In this document: positions 1-10,064 of the stretch, piece after piece
Layout of the letters: each line of letters starts with the position of its first letter
How positions within the stretch are numbered: the first letter of the stretch is position 1
IMG/VR virus record: IMGVR_UViG_3300013285_000001
Location: 1-60,743 of that record
Source: a virus
Lineage: Duplodnaviria > Caudoviricetes
Reading direction: 5' to 3' (one strand)
DNA: 60,743 nucleotides
Position numbers and translations under genes: made by a program
Notes under the pieces: generated by a model
Seen by the model: the letters and a program-made list of their open reading frames with translations, nothing else
What the model was told of the DNA's origin: nothing
Databases searched by the model: none

Positions 1-123
1 GATAATGGAGAAACTGCACACTTTAGCAGTTATCAAGTGGCACTAACGCCACAAACTGGCCTTGTGGCAAAGGCTGAACTTGCGCTGGTGTCGGACTCAA
101 CCTGCCCATTGTTTGGCGGCACC
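1..123. repeat. Terminal direct repeat copy 1 (identical to 60621-60743); circular assembly overlap
   Basis: GATAATGGAG...GGCGGCACC is identical at both ends, and an ORF reads in frame across the join. Confidence 0.97.
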
Positions 124-501
124 GTTGCTGCTGATGTGGTGCTGACTGACCTTGATGCCGCCAAGCAGCGCAAGCAGTTAGAAATCTCTGCGGCCAAGAA
201 CGTCGAGATGTACGCGCCCAAGACGACATCGCTGGGCGTGTTTGACTCCACCGACGCCGACAACAACAAGCTGAGCATCGTCATCCAAGTGACCCAATTG
301 GCAGCGGCCAAGGGATTACCTGCTGTGGCGGGGTTCAAGGACACGAACGGCGTATGGGCGGCCTACACGCTAGACCAGTTGGGCCAGATTGCTTTGGAGA
401 TGACGGCGCAGGTCTTGCCGCTCTACACCAAAGAGGCCACCAAGCTCGCTGCGATCGACGCAGCAGTTGATGTGGCTGCGGTTGACGCCGTGACCTGGTG
501 A
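1..501 (+). CDS. 3' part of a tail-fibre assembly/chaperone-like protein (DUF4376-like C-terminus); gene starts at 60480 and spans the join (213 aa total)
   Basis: In frame with ATG 60480 across the overlap; ends KLAAIDAAVDVAAVDAVTW; directly follows the tail fibre gene. Confidence 0.65.
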   Translation, partial: DNGETAHFSSYQVALTPQTGLVAKAELALVSDSTCPLFGGTVAADVVLTDLDAAKQRKQLEISAAKNVEMYAPKTTSLGVFDSTDADNNKLSIVIQVTQLAAAKGLPAVAGFKDTNGVWAAYTLDQLGQIALEMTAQVLPLYTKEATKLAAIDAAVDVAAVDAVTW

Positions 502-506
502 TCTAA

Positions 507-1436
507 ATGCTGGGCTTTGCGCCGCTCGGGGCGCTACCGTTAGGTGGCCTCCCATCCCTCGCAGCGGCGCAGTTAGTTGCGTCGGTCGGGGGTAACTGCG
601 CGGTAATCACCGCCGCGCTGACCGCGCAGATAAAACTCGGGTCGGTCGTATCTTGCAGTAGCTCAGCCATCGCGCCGCTGACGGCGGCAATAAGGCTCGA
701 AGGTGCGGCTTCCGCAGCGTCGTCGGTCTTGGCGGACCTTACCGTGGGGGCAGGTTTTAGCTGCGCAGTTTCAGCCCAAGCGGTAGTTCTCAGCGCCGCG
801 CTCACAACCCCGATCAACCTGGCGGCGGCAAGCGCAGGATTGGCGTCCGTCGCGGCGGCGCTTACCGCGCAGATCACCGCTGCGGCTGCAGTGGCCTCAC
901 AGACGAGTGCGGTCGCAGGCGTATCGAGTTCGATCCGGCTCAGCGGATCGGTGGCTATTTCCGCAGCCGCCTCTGCGTTGCTCGGGTCGTCATCGGCGGC
1001 GCTTCAGGCTTCGCCATCGTGCGCGGCGGCCTCTGCTTGCGATCTGACAGCACAGATCACCGCTGCGGCTGCAGTGGCCTCACAGACGAGTGCGGTCGCC
1101 GAGTTGACAGCCGAAGTCAGGTTCGCTGCGCAAGTCGCTGCGTGGGTCAGCACTGCGAGCGACCTCCACACGCAGATCTTGTTGGAGATGCAGGCGAGCG
1201 GCGAGTCGTCTGCGACGGGCACTGCGACGGACGGCATCCGAATAATCGGACTGGCTGCGAACCGGATGGGTGTCTTGGCCGAGCCGTGGGCGGTATCGGT
1301 GCTTGAAGACTTCGGCATTTTGGTCCCAGAGGACATGCACCAGATGTACGTACAAGTCGATAATCTAAGTACGATAGTCCCATTAGACGACTACAATCTA
1401 ACGGTCGTGCAGGACACATCAGGGGTAACCATATGA
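507..1436 (+). CDS. Ala-rich repetitive virion/tail-associated protein
   Basis: N-terminal MLGFAPLGALPLG, Ala/Ser-rich periodic repeats, tail cluster; ATGA overlap with next gene. Confidence 0.65.
   Translation: MLGFAPLGALPLGGLPSLAAAQLVASVGGNCAVITAALTAQIKLGSVVSCSSSAIAPLTAAIRLEGAASAASSVLADLTVGAGFSCAVSAQAVVLSAALTTPINLAAASAGLASVAAALTAQITAAAAVASQTSAVAGVSSSIRLSGSVAISAAASALLGSSSAALQASPSCAAASACDLTAQITAAAAVASQTSAVAELTAEVRFAAQVAAWVSTASDLHTQILLEMQASGESSATGTATDGIRIIGLAANRMGVLAEPWAVSVLEDFGILVPEDMHQMYVQVDNLSTIVPLDDYNLTVVQDTSGVTI
870..1099 (+). repeat. Exact 47-bp internal duplication (870-916 and 1053-1099)
   Basis: CAGATCACCGCTGCGGCTGCAGTGGCCTCACAGACGAGTGCGGTCGC occurs twice, in frame (QITAAAAVASQTSAVA). 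Confidence 0.9.
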
Positions 1437-1717
1437 CCGCCGTCCTTGGGAAATTCACCAAGCAACCCGCTGAGATCCTCGACTACGACGTGGACTACGC
1501 GCAGTGGTTCAGTAACCGCGTTGATACGCCTGACTCCTACGCAGTTACTGCAGAGGCTGGGATCACGGTTGTCTCGACCTCACTGACGGGGCCGGTCGTA
1601 AAGATCACTCTGGGTGGCGGCACTACTGGCGTCAAGTACAAGATCACAGCTCGCCTGACTACGCTTTCCGGCCTCGTAAAAGAGGCTGACTTCACGGTAT
1701 CGGTCAAGGAAGTGTGA
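1433..1717 (+). CDS. Small virion protein (fibre-tail adaptor-like)
   Basis: KQPAEILDYDVDY...W motif typical of this small phage structural family. Confidence 0.65.
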   Translation: MTAVLGKFTKQPAEILDYDVDYAQWFSNRVDTPDSYAVTAEAGITVVSTSLTGPVVKITLGGGTTGVKYKITARLTTLSGLVKEADFTVSVKEV

Positions 1718-1983
1718 TGACAGAAGATTCCATGGTGGTTCTTGATACTGACCGGCTCGAAGCCATGCTCGAGCGCGCGGCCAAACGCGGCGCGAGAGAC
1801 GCGCTCGAATCCATCGGGATGCACGACCACAACGCACTCAAGGATGTCCAAGAGCTTCGCGGGTTACTCGACGCGTGGCGGGGCACCAAGAACACGATCT
1901 GGAAGACGGTAACCCAAGCCTTCACGATGATTATTCTCGGCGCGCTGAGCGTCGGGTTGTTCATAAAGATCAAGGGCGGTTGA
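1714..1983 (+). CDS. Small C-terminally membrane-anchored protein (DUF6127-like)
   Basis: AAKRGARDALESIGMHD...ELRGLLDAWR followed by a hydrophobic TM segment. Confidence 0.6.
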   Translation: MMTEDSMVVLDTDRLEAMLERAAKRGARDALESIGMHDHNALKDVQELRGLLDAWRGTKNTIWKTVTQAFTMIILGALSVGLFIKIKGG

Positions 1984-2169
1984 CAGTGCCCCCGGTATTG
2001 AATTCGTAGCATTGGCCAGCAGCGGGTGCCGTTGCGGATCGGTGAATCATTCGCACCGTATCTAACCCCTGCCGCGCCGCCGGTCGGTGCCTTTACGGCC
2101 CGGCGGCGCACCCTTATATCGAAGATCGAAGTTAGAATACAGCACAATACTGACACCGTACAAGTAAAC

Positions 2170-3480
2170 GTGACCACCAAGCCCCAAACCATGTCCATGC
2201 AGAGCTTTGCGCTCGGTATGGATAACCGCGTGCCTGACTACAAGTTGCGCACCGAGGCGGGGTATCTGCTGCGCGATGCGGTGAACGTAGACGTCACGCC
2301 GCAGGGGACGTTGAAGCGTCGTCGCGGGGCCACGCTGAGTGCCGTCACGGGCACGGACACCCACTCGCTGTGGGCGAGTGACGCCGGGGCTTTCTACGCC
2401 GACGGGGTCACGCTCAATACGGTTCATGCCACCGCGTTAGGGATCGCGTCGGTGGCGGTGATTAACCACGACTCCACCAACGCCACCATCTCCAAGGGCT
2501 CGCGGCTGTCTTACTCAGACGCGCCCGAGGGCGGCGTGTACTGGACTGACGGTATGAAGCTCGAGCGCATAACGGACGGCGTTACTGCTCCGATCGCTCC
2601 TATGCTGCCAGCGGTGCTCCCCAAAGTCACGCTGCTCAAGTGGGGGGAATGGGATCCGTTCGGCCCGCTCGTTCCAGGCCTCAGAGAAGGTCTCTACACG
2701 GTGCTGTTCACGGCTATCGACGGCGAGGGGCGAGAGTCCGCTTCGACGCAGCCCATCCAGTTGAACGCTCGGGTCAACGAGGGCGAGTTCGTCATCCAGA
2801 TCGACTACGCGGGCGACATCGACGTTGCGGTCTACGTGAGCGAGGAGGGCGGTACAAGCCCGCGCTTCGTTGGCGTGATAACCACTGGCGGTCAGCTCCT
2901 GATCAACACGCAGCCCGACGGGCGCGAGTGCCCCACCTACGGGATGCTGCCGCTGCCAGCGGGGCAAATCGTACGCAGCTTCAGTGGCCGCACCATCGTG
3001 GCATCAGGCTCGATCCTGTACTACAGCGAGCCGTACGCCCCCGGGCTTTACATGGCCGACAGCGGGTTCATCCCGTTCCCGTCGCGCATCACGATTGTTG
3101 AGCCGGTGCAGGGCGCGTCGCAGGGTCTGTACGTTGTCTCCGACAACACCTACTGGCTCGCTGGTGACTTCACCCAAACGAACCTCACGACCTCGCTTCC
3201 ATACGGTGCCGTTGAGGGCACCAGCGTGATCCGATACGACCAGAACATCGCGCATTGGATGTCAGTGCGCGGGCTGGTTGCTGCAGCCACGGGGGGCGAC
3301 ATCAAGAACCTCCAAGAAGCCCACATCGCAGTTTCTTCCGCAGTTACTGGGGCGACGGTGGTGATGGATCGAAATGGCGTCAAGCAAGCTGTGACGTCTT
3401 TGTTCGGCTCATCGCCGCACCAACAAGCCATGGCCAGCAGCTACATGGACGCAGAAATTATCAACGGAGCTACCGTATGA
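2170..3480 (+). CDS. Virion structural protein (tail tube/nozzle-like)
   Basis: GMDNR...DAVNVDVTPQGTLKRRRG N-terminal motif, beta-rich; likely start GTG 2170 or ATG 2191 rather than 2026. Confidence 0.6.
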   Translation: MTTKPQTMSMQSFALGMDNRVPDYKLRTEAGYLLRDAVNVDVTPQGTLKRRRGATLSAVTGTDTHSLWASDAGAFYADGVTLNTVHATALGIASVAVINHDSTNATISKGSRLSYSDAPEGGVYWTDGMKLERITDGVTAPIAPMLPAVLPKVTLLKWGEWDPFGPLVPGLREGLYTVLFTAIDGEGRESASTQPIQLNARVNEGEFVIQIDYAGDIDVAVYVSEEGGTSPRFVGVITTGGQLLINTQPDGRECPTYGMLPLPAGQIVRSFSGRTIVASGSILYYSEPYAPGLYMADSGFIPFPSRITIVEPVQGASQGLYVVSDNTYWLAGDFTQTNLTTSLPYGAVEGTSVIRYDQNIAHWMSVRGLVAAATGGDIKNLQEAHIAVSSAVTGATVVMDRNGVKQAVTSLFGSSPHQQAMASSYMDAEIINGATV

Positions 3481-3980
3481 ATACCTCTTCAATCCAGGCT
3501 GGATTCCGCTACGACTGGGAAATTATCGGCAAGGACGGCGTCGTTACTGACGCTTGGACCGACCACAACATCATGCCGGCGCAAGGGCTGGACTACATGT
3601 TGAATTGCAGCTTCCGGGGCTCCGGGCAAGAAACGAGCTGGTACATCGCTGTGTTCAGCGGCGACTACACCCCTCGAGCCGGCCTCACTGCTGCGGATTT
3701 TTCAGCGACCGCCGGAGAGGCGATCGGCTACGTGAGCGGCACAAGGCCAGCCTTTACGCCAAGCGCATCCGCAGGCGGGGCGATCGATAACGCCGCGAGC
3801 CGCGCCGAGTTCGTATCCACCACAGACGTCACGCTGTACGGCGGGGCCATCTTGTCCGCAAACACGAAAGCCTCCACCGCTGGCGTGGTCGCATCCGTTG
3901 TCAGGTTTGGGTCACCCAAATCATTCCCAATCGGCTCGACGCTCCGCGTTACAGCCGGTCTTGCTTTCTTCTCGTACTGA
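3477..3980 (+). CDS. Tail structural protein
   Basis: ATGA overlap with upstream gene; HNIMPAQGLDYML...WYIAVF pattern typical of phage tail proteins. Confidence 0.6.
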   Translation: MNTSSIQAGFRYDWEIIGKDGVVTDAWTDHNIMPAQGLDYMLNCSFRGSGQETSWYIAVFSGDYTPRAGLTAADFSATAGEAIGYVSGTRPAFTPSASAGGAIDNAASRAEFVSTTDVTLYGGAILSANTKASTAGVVASVVRFGSPKSFPIGSTLRVTAGLAFFSY

Positions 3981-3992
3981 TAGGAGATTCCC

Positions 3993-4433
3993 ATGTCGCT
4001 CAAAACATCCACTGGCCTGCGCAACGCGCTGCTCGACTCCGGCTCGCTGTTCACTATATTCACGGCGGGTTTCTTGAAGATCTACTCTGGCGCTGTGCCG
4101 ACTTCAGCTGACGCTGCGGCAACCGGCACGCTGCTTTGCACGATCAGTCTTGCCAGTTCCGGCACCGGCATCGACTTCAACGGCGCTGCTTCCGGCGGCG
4201 TGTTGTCGAAGTCGTCTGGCCAGTCATGGACTGGCGTGAACGTCGCGAGCGGTACGGCTTCGTACTTCCGCCACGTCGCTGTGGGCGACACTGCCGGTGC
4301 CAGCGGCACGGAGCCGCGCATGCAGGGCGAGATCGCCACCGCCGGTGCTGAGCTGAACTTCAGCTCGACCACCCTGACGTCCGGTGCAACGCAGACCATC
4401 GACTACTACAGCGCTGCTCTTCCGACGCTGTAA
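3993..4433 (+). CDS. Tail structural protein
   Basis: SD GGAGA; STGLRNALLD...LKIYSGAVPTSADAAATGTLL motif. Confidence 0.65.
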   Translation: MSLKTSTGLRNALLDSGSLFTIFTAGFLKIYSGAVPTSADAAATGTLLCTISLASSGTGIDFNGAASGGVLSKSSGQSWTGVNVASGTASYFRHVAVGDTAGASGTEPRMQGEIATAGAELNFSSTTLTSGATQTIDYYSAALPTL

Positions 4434-4443
4434 GGCGTAGGAC

Positions 4444-7431
4444 ATGACATTCCCCGTCGGTGCTGAGTTCGTAGGACCGCCCGGTGTCTTCGACGGCACC
4501 GGCGGGTACTTTGCCAATTCCAGTACCGCTTGGGCTGGGGCGTTTACTACCGGCGGCTGGTACAAGACTGGGGATGGGAGGGCGGCGAACTGGGGCACCC
4601 TCTATTACATCGAGCTTCGCCCGTATGGCGGCTGGCCCGGCGGTGCTTGGGGCATACAGCTCCAAGCGAATGGAGCCGGGTCAAGTCCGGTCGTAGGGCC
4701 ACCGTTATCCCACCTGAACGGCGCTGCTGACAGCTCGCTCGATGGGGTGTGGGCCGGAATAACGGTAACTCGGTATTTTCGGGTGGACACGCACCTAGCC
4801 GGGTCGCAAGTAAATGTATTGCTTTTCGACCACGCTGGCCTGTCTTACATACAAGTTCAGGACTCCGGCGCTGGGTACGTTTCTCAGTATTTCAGACTCG
4901 GTAGTTCGGTTACCCAGTCGGTCGGCAACGTGTTTGGGTTATTCCTATCCGGCGGGGTACTTACTTTCTATGTCAACGGCGTAGCCAAAGCCTCATTACC
5001 TGCATCAGCGGCAGTGCAGAGTGGCTGGCTCGACAACTTCTACGTAAGCCCCGCTGGGCCTATGTATCTCGGCGGTCTAGAGTACGCGGACGTAGCCCCA
5101 ATCAATCCGCAATTCTGGAACGACTACGTCATAGCATATGAAGACCCAGCAACGACGCTACTGAAAACAGCGTCTACGTCGTTCACTCCAGGCTCTCCAG
5201 GCACGGCCAGCTTTCCCGGATCTCCGTACATACCTGCTCGAACCTACTTCGAGAACCGGACAATATGTAGCGCGCAGCCCTTGGACGGAACGTGGGTGGA
5301 TGACGGGCATGGGAACCTCGTGTTCCTGCCGCCGGAGGGGTATACCCCCGGCGTATGGCCGTGGCCTACTCCGACGTACAAGTGCGGACTCGTTCGCGTG
5401 AAGGTCACGACCCCCGCTCGACTTGCCCTCCCGCCTATTGTCGGTACGCCGTATGCGCCCGCGCAGACGTTCGTCGACAACCACCTTGGCTGGAACGCAG
5501 GCGCGCACTCCATCGACATGATCGACGGCGACGGGTTCGTGCAGTTCAAGGCGTTGCCGTCGTCTATCGGCGTGCTGGCCGGCATGAACGTCGTCACCGG
5601 CGATGTCGGTACGCCGACCATCTCGCAGGTCGACTACGCGTTCTTGTTCATGAACGGCATCGCCAGAATCTACGTCAGGGGTGTAGCTGTTCACTATGTG
5701 GGCCAGTTCCCGAGCTCGGCTGTATGGCGTATCGAGCGCGTCAATGGGACGGTCGTGTTCTACGCCGATGGCATGCCTCTGTATTCGACGCCGGCATCGA
5801 CTGGGGCGATACAACTGCAAGCCATGATGTACATGGCGGCGGACTCCGTGCTGAGCCCTTCGATCGGCCCGATCAGCGCGTCTGGGACAGCCCTTGCCCT
5901 GCATCCGTTGCGCGTCGCCGGCGGGAATGTTTCTTACAGCTTCGCGGCTTACTCACTCCAGCCGCTTGTGATCGGCAGTTTCGCTGACGGCGGAAGCGGC
6001 GGGGGTAGTGGGGGTAGCGGCCCCGTCATCGGTGGTGGTGGTGGGCATGCTGGGAACTCGACGTCCATCGCGTTCGTACCCGTCGCCGTGAGCGGCTCGA
6101 ACCGCAGCATCTTCGGCGGAACGCTCAAGATCCAGCCAATCAATGTGGCTGGGCGCACCGGCTACGGCGGTGGCGGCGCGGTAGCCGGGCACAGCAGCAT
6201 CCTCACGGCGATCAGTCTCCGCCCCCTTGCCGTCTACGGGTCTGACTACGTCAATTGTGGCGGGAAAGGTTCGTTCTTGCCGATGACGGCCTTCGGGTAT
6301 GCGGGCGGTTTTACCGGAGGGGGTGGAGGCGGCATCCCAGGTTCGGCGAGCAGCAGCGCGCTGCGTAGCACTCTCATGCCGCTCGCCGTCAACGGCTCAG
6401 ACCACGTGATACGCGGCGGTTTGGTATCGCTTCTTCCGATGAGCTTGTTTGGGTATGGGTACACGGTCGGAGGTTTTGGTGGTGGTGGTGGTGGTGGTGG
6501 TGGTGGTGGTGGTGGTGGGATCGTGGACCCCATCCCGTCGTACTCGATCGGCTCGTTCACGGTCGCGCCGATCGCTTTCGCCGCCACGGGGCTGACGGGC
6601 GAGCTGTGTTCGGGCGCGTTGCAGATGAACGGCTCTATCACTCTGATGGGTTCTGACCGCCCATACGCCCAAGCCAGATACAACATCCCGCTGCGGATGG
6701 CCGTGGGCTCCAGCTCATACGAGGGCAGCTCGAACGCGTCACTCATCGGGGTTGCGAACGTCAACGCATCACTTCGCGCAGACGTCTTGATGTTCATCAC
6801 GATGAACAGCCGTGGCGAAGTAACTGGTGCGATCGCCGCAGAGTTGCTGTGGGACGAAAACTGGAGGGATCAGGCCATTGAGCAGAGCCCGCCGTGGGGC
6901 GTCGACTACTTCTACGACGAACTGGTCTGGTCGTACGTCAACGCCAAGAGCCTTGACCCGTTCAACCACGAGCCCATCGAGGTGTGGTCTGTTGATCTGG
7001 ACTCATCGGCCACGACGCGCTACACAAACTACAACTTCAACAGCTACGCCAAGATCGCTGGTAAGTATTACGGTGCGCAGCCAGAAGGTGTGTATGAGCT
7101 GGACGGCAACACCGACGCTGGCGCAGCCATCGTCAGCCGTGTGAACCTCGGCCGCAAAGACATGGGCTCGCCGATGCTCAAGCGGCTCGAGTCTGCGTAC
7201 ATGGCGGTGAGCTCCTACGGCACGATGTATCTCAAAGTCACTGACCACGACGGTAAGACCTACACGTACAAGGCCCGTCGGAACACGTCGAAGCTCGAAC
7301 AGCAGCGCGTGGACGTTGGTCGCGGGCTGCTCGCCAACTTCATGGCGTTCGAGGTGGTTAACGCGGGCGAAGACTTCGAGCTTGCGGGGCTTGAGTTCAT
7401 GGCCGTGTCGCTGAGCCGGCGCATCAGGTAG
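4444..7431 (+). CDS. Large tail protein with lectin/SPRY-like beta domains and Gly-rich linkers
   Basis: 995 aa; WRIERVNGTVVFYADG and LTFYVNG concanavalin-like strands; poly-Gly; C-terminal YNFNSYAKIAGKYYGA region. Confidence 0.6.
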   Translation: MTFPVGAEFVGPPGVFDGTGGYFANSSTAWAGAFTTGGWYKTGDGRAANWGTLYYIELRPYGGWPGGAWGIQLQANGAGSSPVVGPPLSHLNGAADSSLDGVWAGITVTRYFRVDTHLAGSQVNVLLFDHAGLSYIQVQDSGAGYVSQYFRLGSSVTQSVGNVFGLFLSGGVLTFYVNGVAKASLPASAAVQSGWLDNFYVSPAGPMYLGGLEYADVAPINPQFWNDYVIAYEDPATTLLKTASTSFTPGSPGTASFPGSPYIPARTYFENRTICSAQPLDGTWVDDGHGNLVFLPPEGYTPGVWPWPTPTYKCGLVRVKVTTPARLALPPIVGTPYAPAQTFVDNHLGWNAGAHSIDMIDGDGFVQFKALPSSIGVLAGMNVVTGDVGTPTISQVDYAFLFMNGIARIYVRGVAVHYVGQFPSSAVWRIERVNGTVVFYADGMPLYSTPASTGAIQLQAMMYMAADSVLSPSIGPISASGTALALHPLRVAGGNVSYSFAAYSLQPLVIGSFADGGSGGGSGGSGPVIGGGGGHAGNSTSIAFVPVAVSGSNRSIFGGTLKIQPINVAGRTGYGGGGAVAGHSSILTAISLRPLAVYGSDYVNCGGKGSFLPMTAFGYAGGFTGGGGGGIPGSASSSALRSTLMPLAVNGSDHVIRGGLVSLLPMSLFGYGYTVGGFGGGGGGGGGGGGGGIVDPIPSYSIGSFTVAPIAFAATGLTGELCSGALQMNGSITLMGSDRPYAQARYNIPLRMAVGSSSYEGSSNASLIGVANVNASLRADVLMFITMNSRGEVTGAIAAELLWDENWRDQAIEQSPPWGVDYFYDELVWSYVNAKSLDPFNHEPIEVWSVDLDSSATTRYTNYNFNSYAKIAGKYYGAQPEGVYELDGNTDAGAAIVSRVNLGRKDMGSPMLKRLESAYMAVSSYGTMYLKVTDHDGKTYTYKARRNTSKLEQQRVDVGRGLLANFMAFEVVNAGEDFELAGLEFMAVSLSRRIR
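6478..6516 (+). repeat. (GGT)13 microsatellite encoding poly-Gly
   Basis: 13 perfect GGT codons followed by GGG give 14 Gly. Confidence 0.9.
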
Positions 7432-7436
7432 CCGAC

Positions 7437-8987
7437 GTGGCTACTAAACCGCCGAAAGAGTGGGGGTCGACATCACCTGGCGGGCTCGCGGACGTGCGCG
7501 GTCTGCACGGGCTTGGGCTCGAAAACATGCCGTACGCGAAGTCGATCGACCTCGCCAACGGCACGAGGGCATACAAAAACGCGAACGCTCGCGATGAGGT
7601 CTACAAGGATGTCGTCGTTCCATCGAGGCCGGGGCAGTACGTCACGACCGGGCGGCACTTCGGTAGCGCGAGCGCAGTGCTGGCCGTGTCCCACAACTAC
7701 TACGGTCCATACCACGACTTCGGCCTGTCAGTAATCGGCGGCTCGGCTGGGGGTATCGAGTTTGGGGGGAAGGGTGACGTCCTAGCGTATGGTTTCACTG
7801 GGTCTGGAGGTGCCCATGAAATCGCCCGCACGACGAACTTCAAGACGAAGGTGGTTGAGCTGAGCACGTCCGTGCCACAGACGAAGTTCGGAGATATCTG
7901 GTCCCTCGTCCTCCCACTGCTGACTTTCAAGACCCTGCAGGGGCCGGTCGAGCGCTCGGTGGTTCACTTCAGTGGCGTGTACAGCTGGACTCACCGCACT
8001 GTCGCCCCAAGCCACTGGTACAGGTCCGACAAGGTTTGGACTCCCAGCAGCGTCGTCTTCTACGCCACGCACGACCAGTGGTCCGCGCACGCGATCGCGC
8101 TCACTCCGCTGGAGTCTGTGTCGATGGTCGGTGTGTTCGCCCGCTACTCGCTGTACGAGTTCGGCGGGACGGAGGCCACGAGGCCAATCAGTCCTGCGAC
8201 GTCCGCCATCCCGTTCCCGTACCTGCTGGTGAGCGAGAACGCAGGCCAGAACTACGACGGAGTGATCGTCGACTACATGTTCGCCGGCTGCTCCTACGAG
8301 TGGCAAGCCCCCGGCGTTGCGCTGGTGTCGAACCCATACGGCAAGGCCAGAGCCGCGAAGGTGGGTGGGTTCGAGCCAGCCAACACGTTCACTGCTACGT
8401 CGCTGAACGGCACGAAGCTGCTCGGGTTCATGGTGATGGCGGACGCGCCGGGCGGCGGGTCACACAAAGAGTACCGGATGTGGCGTGGGGCTTCGTTCGA
8501 CGCTATGACGCGCACGGCTACGCCTGCAGGGTTTGGCTCCACGTGGGACGGCGTCGATTTCGTGTTCACGAACACGAAGCACCAGGCTATCGGACTGATC
8601 GCTACGAAAGACGGAGTGACCAGCATCGTGTCTGGCCCAAAGATCCTCTTCGTGACCTTAGATTACGGGACTACGTGGTACGCGAGGAATCTCCCCTGGC
8701 CGCAGCTCTATACAGGTCACGTTCGGGCGGTGTCGTCCAGAGAACTCGCTGTCCACGTACATGACGGGGTCGATACCGTACATGTGTACATCTCACGCGA
8801 CCTTGGCCTTAGTTGGTCGAGGGCGGCGGCAGCGGAAACACAGGTGCCTATCCCGACACTTGGAAGTCTGGACGACTTCGGCTATAGCCAGCAAATATCC
8901 ACCGGCACGTCCGCGCCTCCGACATACGACCCGATGGCCCCCGACAGATACGACTATCGGCTGAAGCCGGAACCTTTCAATCCATAA
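7437..8987 (+). CDS. Putative receptor-binding/beta-propeller protein with Asp-box (BNR) repeats
   Basis: TLDYGTTW, SRDLGLSW and SENAGQNY Asp-box-like motifs. Confidence 0.5.
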   Translation: MATKPPKEWGSTSPGGLADVRGLHGLGLENMPYAKSIDLANGTRAYKNANARDEVYKDVVVPSRPGQYVTTGRHFGSASAVLAVSHNYYGPYHDFGLSVIGGSAGGIEFGGKGDVLAYGFTGSGGAHEIARTTNFKTKVVELSTSVPQTKFGDIWSLVLPLLTFKTLQGPVERSVVHFSGVYSWTHRTVAPSHWYRSDKVWTPSSVVFYATHDQWSAHAIALTPLESVSMVGVFARYSLYEFGGTEATRPISPATSAIPFPYLLVSENAGQNYDGVIVDYMFAGCSYEWQAPGVALVSNPYGKARAAKVGGFEPANTFTATSLNGTKLLGFMVMADAPGGGSHKEYRMWRGASFDAMTRTATPAGFGSTWDGVDFVFTNTKHQAIGLIATKDGVTSIVSGPKILFVTLDYGTTWYARNLPWPQLYTGHVRAVSSRELAVHVHDGVDTVHVYISRDLGLSWSRAAAAETQVPIPTLGSLDDFGYSQQISTGTSAPPTYDPMAPDRYDYRLKPEPFNP

Positions 8988-8996
8988 GGAAACACC

Positions 8997-10016
8997 ATGG
9001 CAACCCTAGATATTGTGGGCAGTGGTCCGTACCCCCTCGTCTCTGCTGTAGTCGAGCGCGCGGCAACTCTGTCGAATCAGCTGTACATCGCCGCGCAAAA
9101 AGAGATCGCTCTGGTCGTGGCCCAGACGAGATCAATTCAGCCGCTGGAAAAGGACAACCCAGTGGTGGAGGGAATCTCCGTATTCCCGGTTATCCCTGAC
9201 AACCTGGACGCTCTGCGGTTCGACCATGTATTCGCGGCCAACACGACGGCACGGCATAACCTGGAGGCTGCCTTCGACGGCAAGATTGCCGAGTACCTCA
9301 ACTACGTGTTTCCGCTCGATGGCGGGGTTACGGCTGCACAGGCTTGGCTCGCGAGTGTGTTCAACGGGACTGCGCTCGACCCCGTCCATGAAGAACGTAT
9401 CTGGGGTCGTGAGCGCAACCGCATCCGCAAAGAAGCCGCGAATGGGATCGACGAGACGTTGGCTTTGTGGGCGGGCAGGGGCTACGCGCTGCCCCCGGGT
9501 GCAGCAGTCGGTGCGGTTGCAGCAATTCAGCGCACACAACTCGAACAAGCTGCCGCAGCGTCTAGGGACATCGCGGTCAAGACGTACGAGACGGAGATCG
9601 AGCTGCTCAAGAACGCAGTCGACCAGACCATCCGTATGCGCGTTGAAGCCATCTCCCACATGGCTGAGTTCATCAAGACCGCTGCGATGGGTCCGTTACT
9701 CATCAACGAAATTCAGCAGGGCACAACTGAGATTACGGCGAAGCTCACGGAGGCCACGCTTGAGTATTTCAAGGTCGAGAACGCATACCGCAGCGTCAAG
9801 TTCGAGAAGCAAAAAGAAGTGGCCGAGTTCAACCGCGAGTTCAATAAGCTGAAGTTTGACTCCGAACTCGAGCGCGTCAAAACCCAAGCAATGGGTGTAC
9901 TCGAGGCTGCAAAACTCGCCGGAACTATGGCTGCTGCCGCACTTAACGGTATCCACGCATCGGCTGCGGTTCAAGGATCAAGCTCAGATTCAACGTCAAC
10001 TCAGTTGTACGCGTGA
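8997..10016 (+). CDS. Virion structural/internal protein
   Basis: SD AGGA; alpha-helical; WAGRGYALPPGA motif. Confidence 0.6.
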   Translation: MATLDIVGSGPYPLVSAVVERAATLSNQLYIAAQKEIALVVAQTRSIQPLEKDNPVVEGISVFPVIPDNLDALRFDHVFAANTTARHNLEAAFDGKIAEYLNYVFPLDGGVTAAQAWLASVFNGTALDPVHEERIWGRERNRIRKEAANGIDETLALWAGRGYALPPGAAVGAVAAIQRTQLEQAAAASRDIAVKTYETEIELLKNAVDQTIRMRVEAISHMAEFIKTAAMGPLLINEIQQGTTEITAKLTEATLEYFKVENAYRSVKFEKQKEVAEFNREFNKLKFDSELERVKTQAMGVLEAAKLAGTMAAAALNGIHASAAVQGSSSDSTSTQLYA

Positions 10017-10064
10017 CCTCCCGTGCTTGATAATCTACTATCTAAGATTGATCGGAGTTAGACC

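Noticed and set aside
870-1099. DGR template/variable repeat pair
   Set aside because: The copies are identical with no adenine-specific mismatches, and no reverse transcriptase is encoded
2060-2112. Twister ribozyme (TAAC...GCC...CCGGTC...GCCCGG resemblance)
   Set aside because: The loop is too long, and the pairing partners for P2 and the pseudoknots are missing
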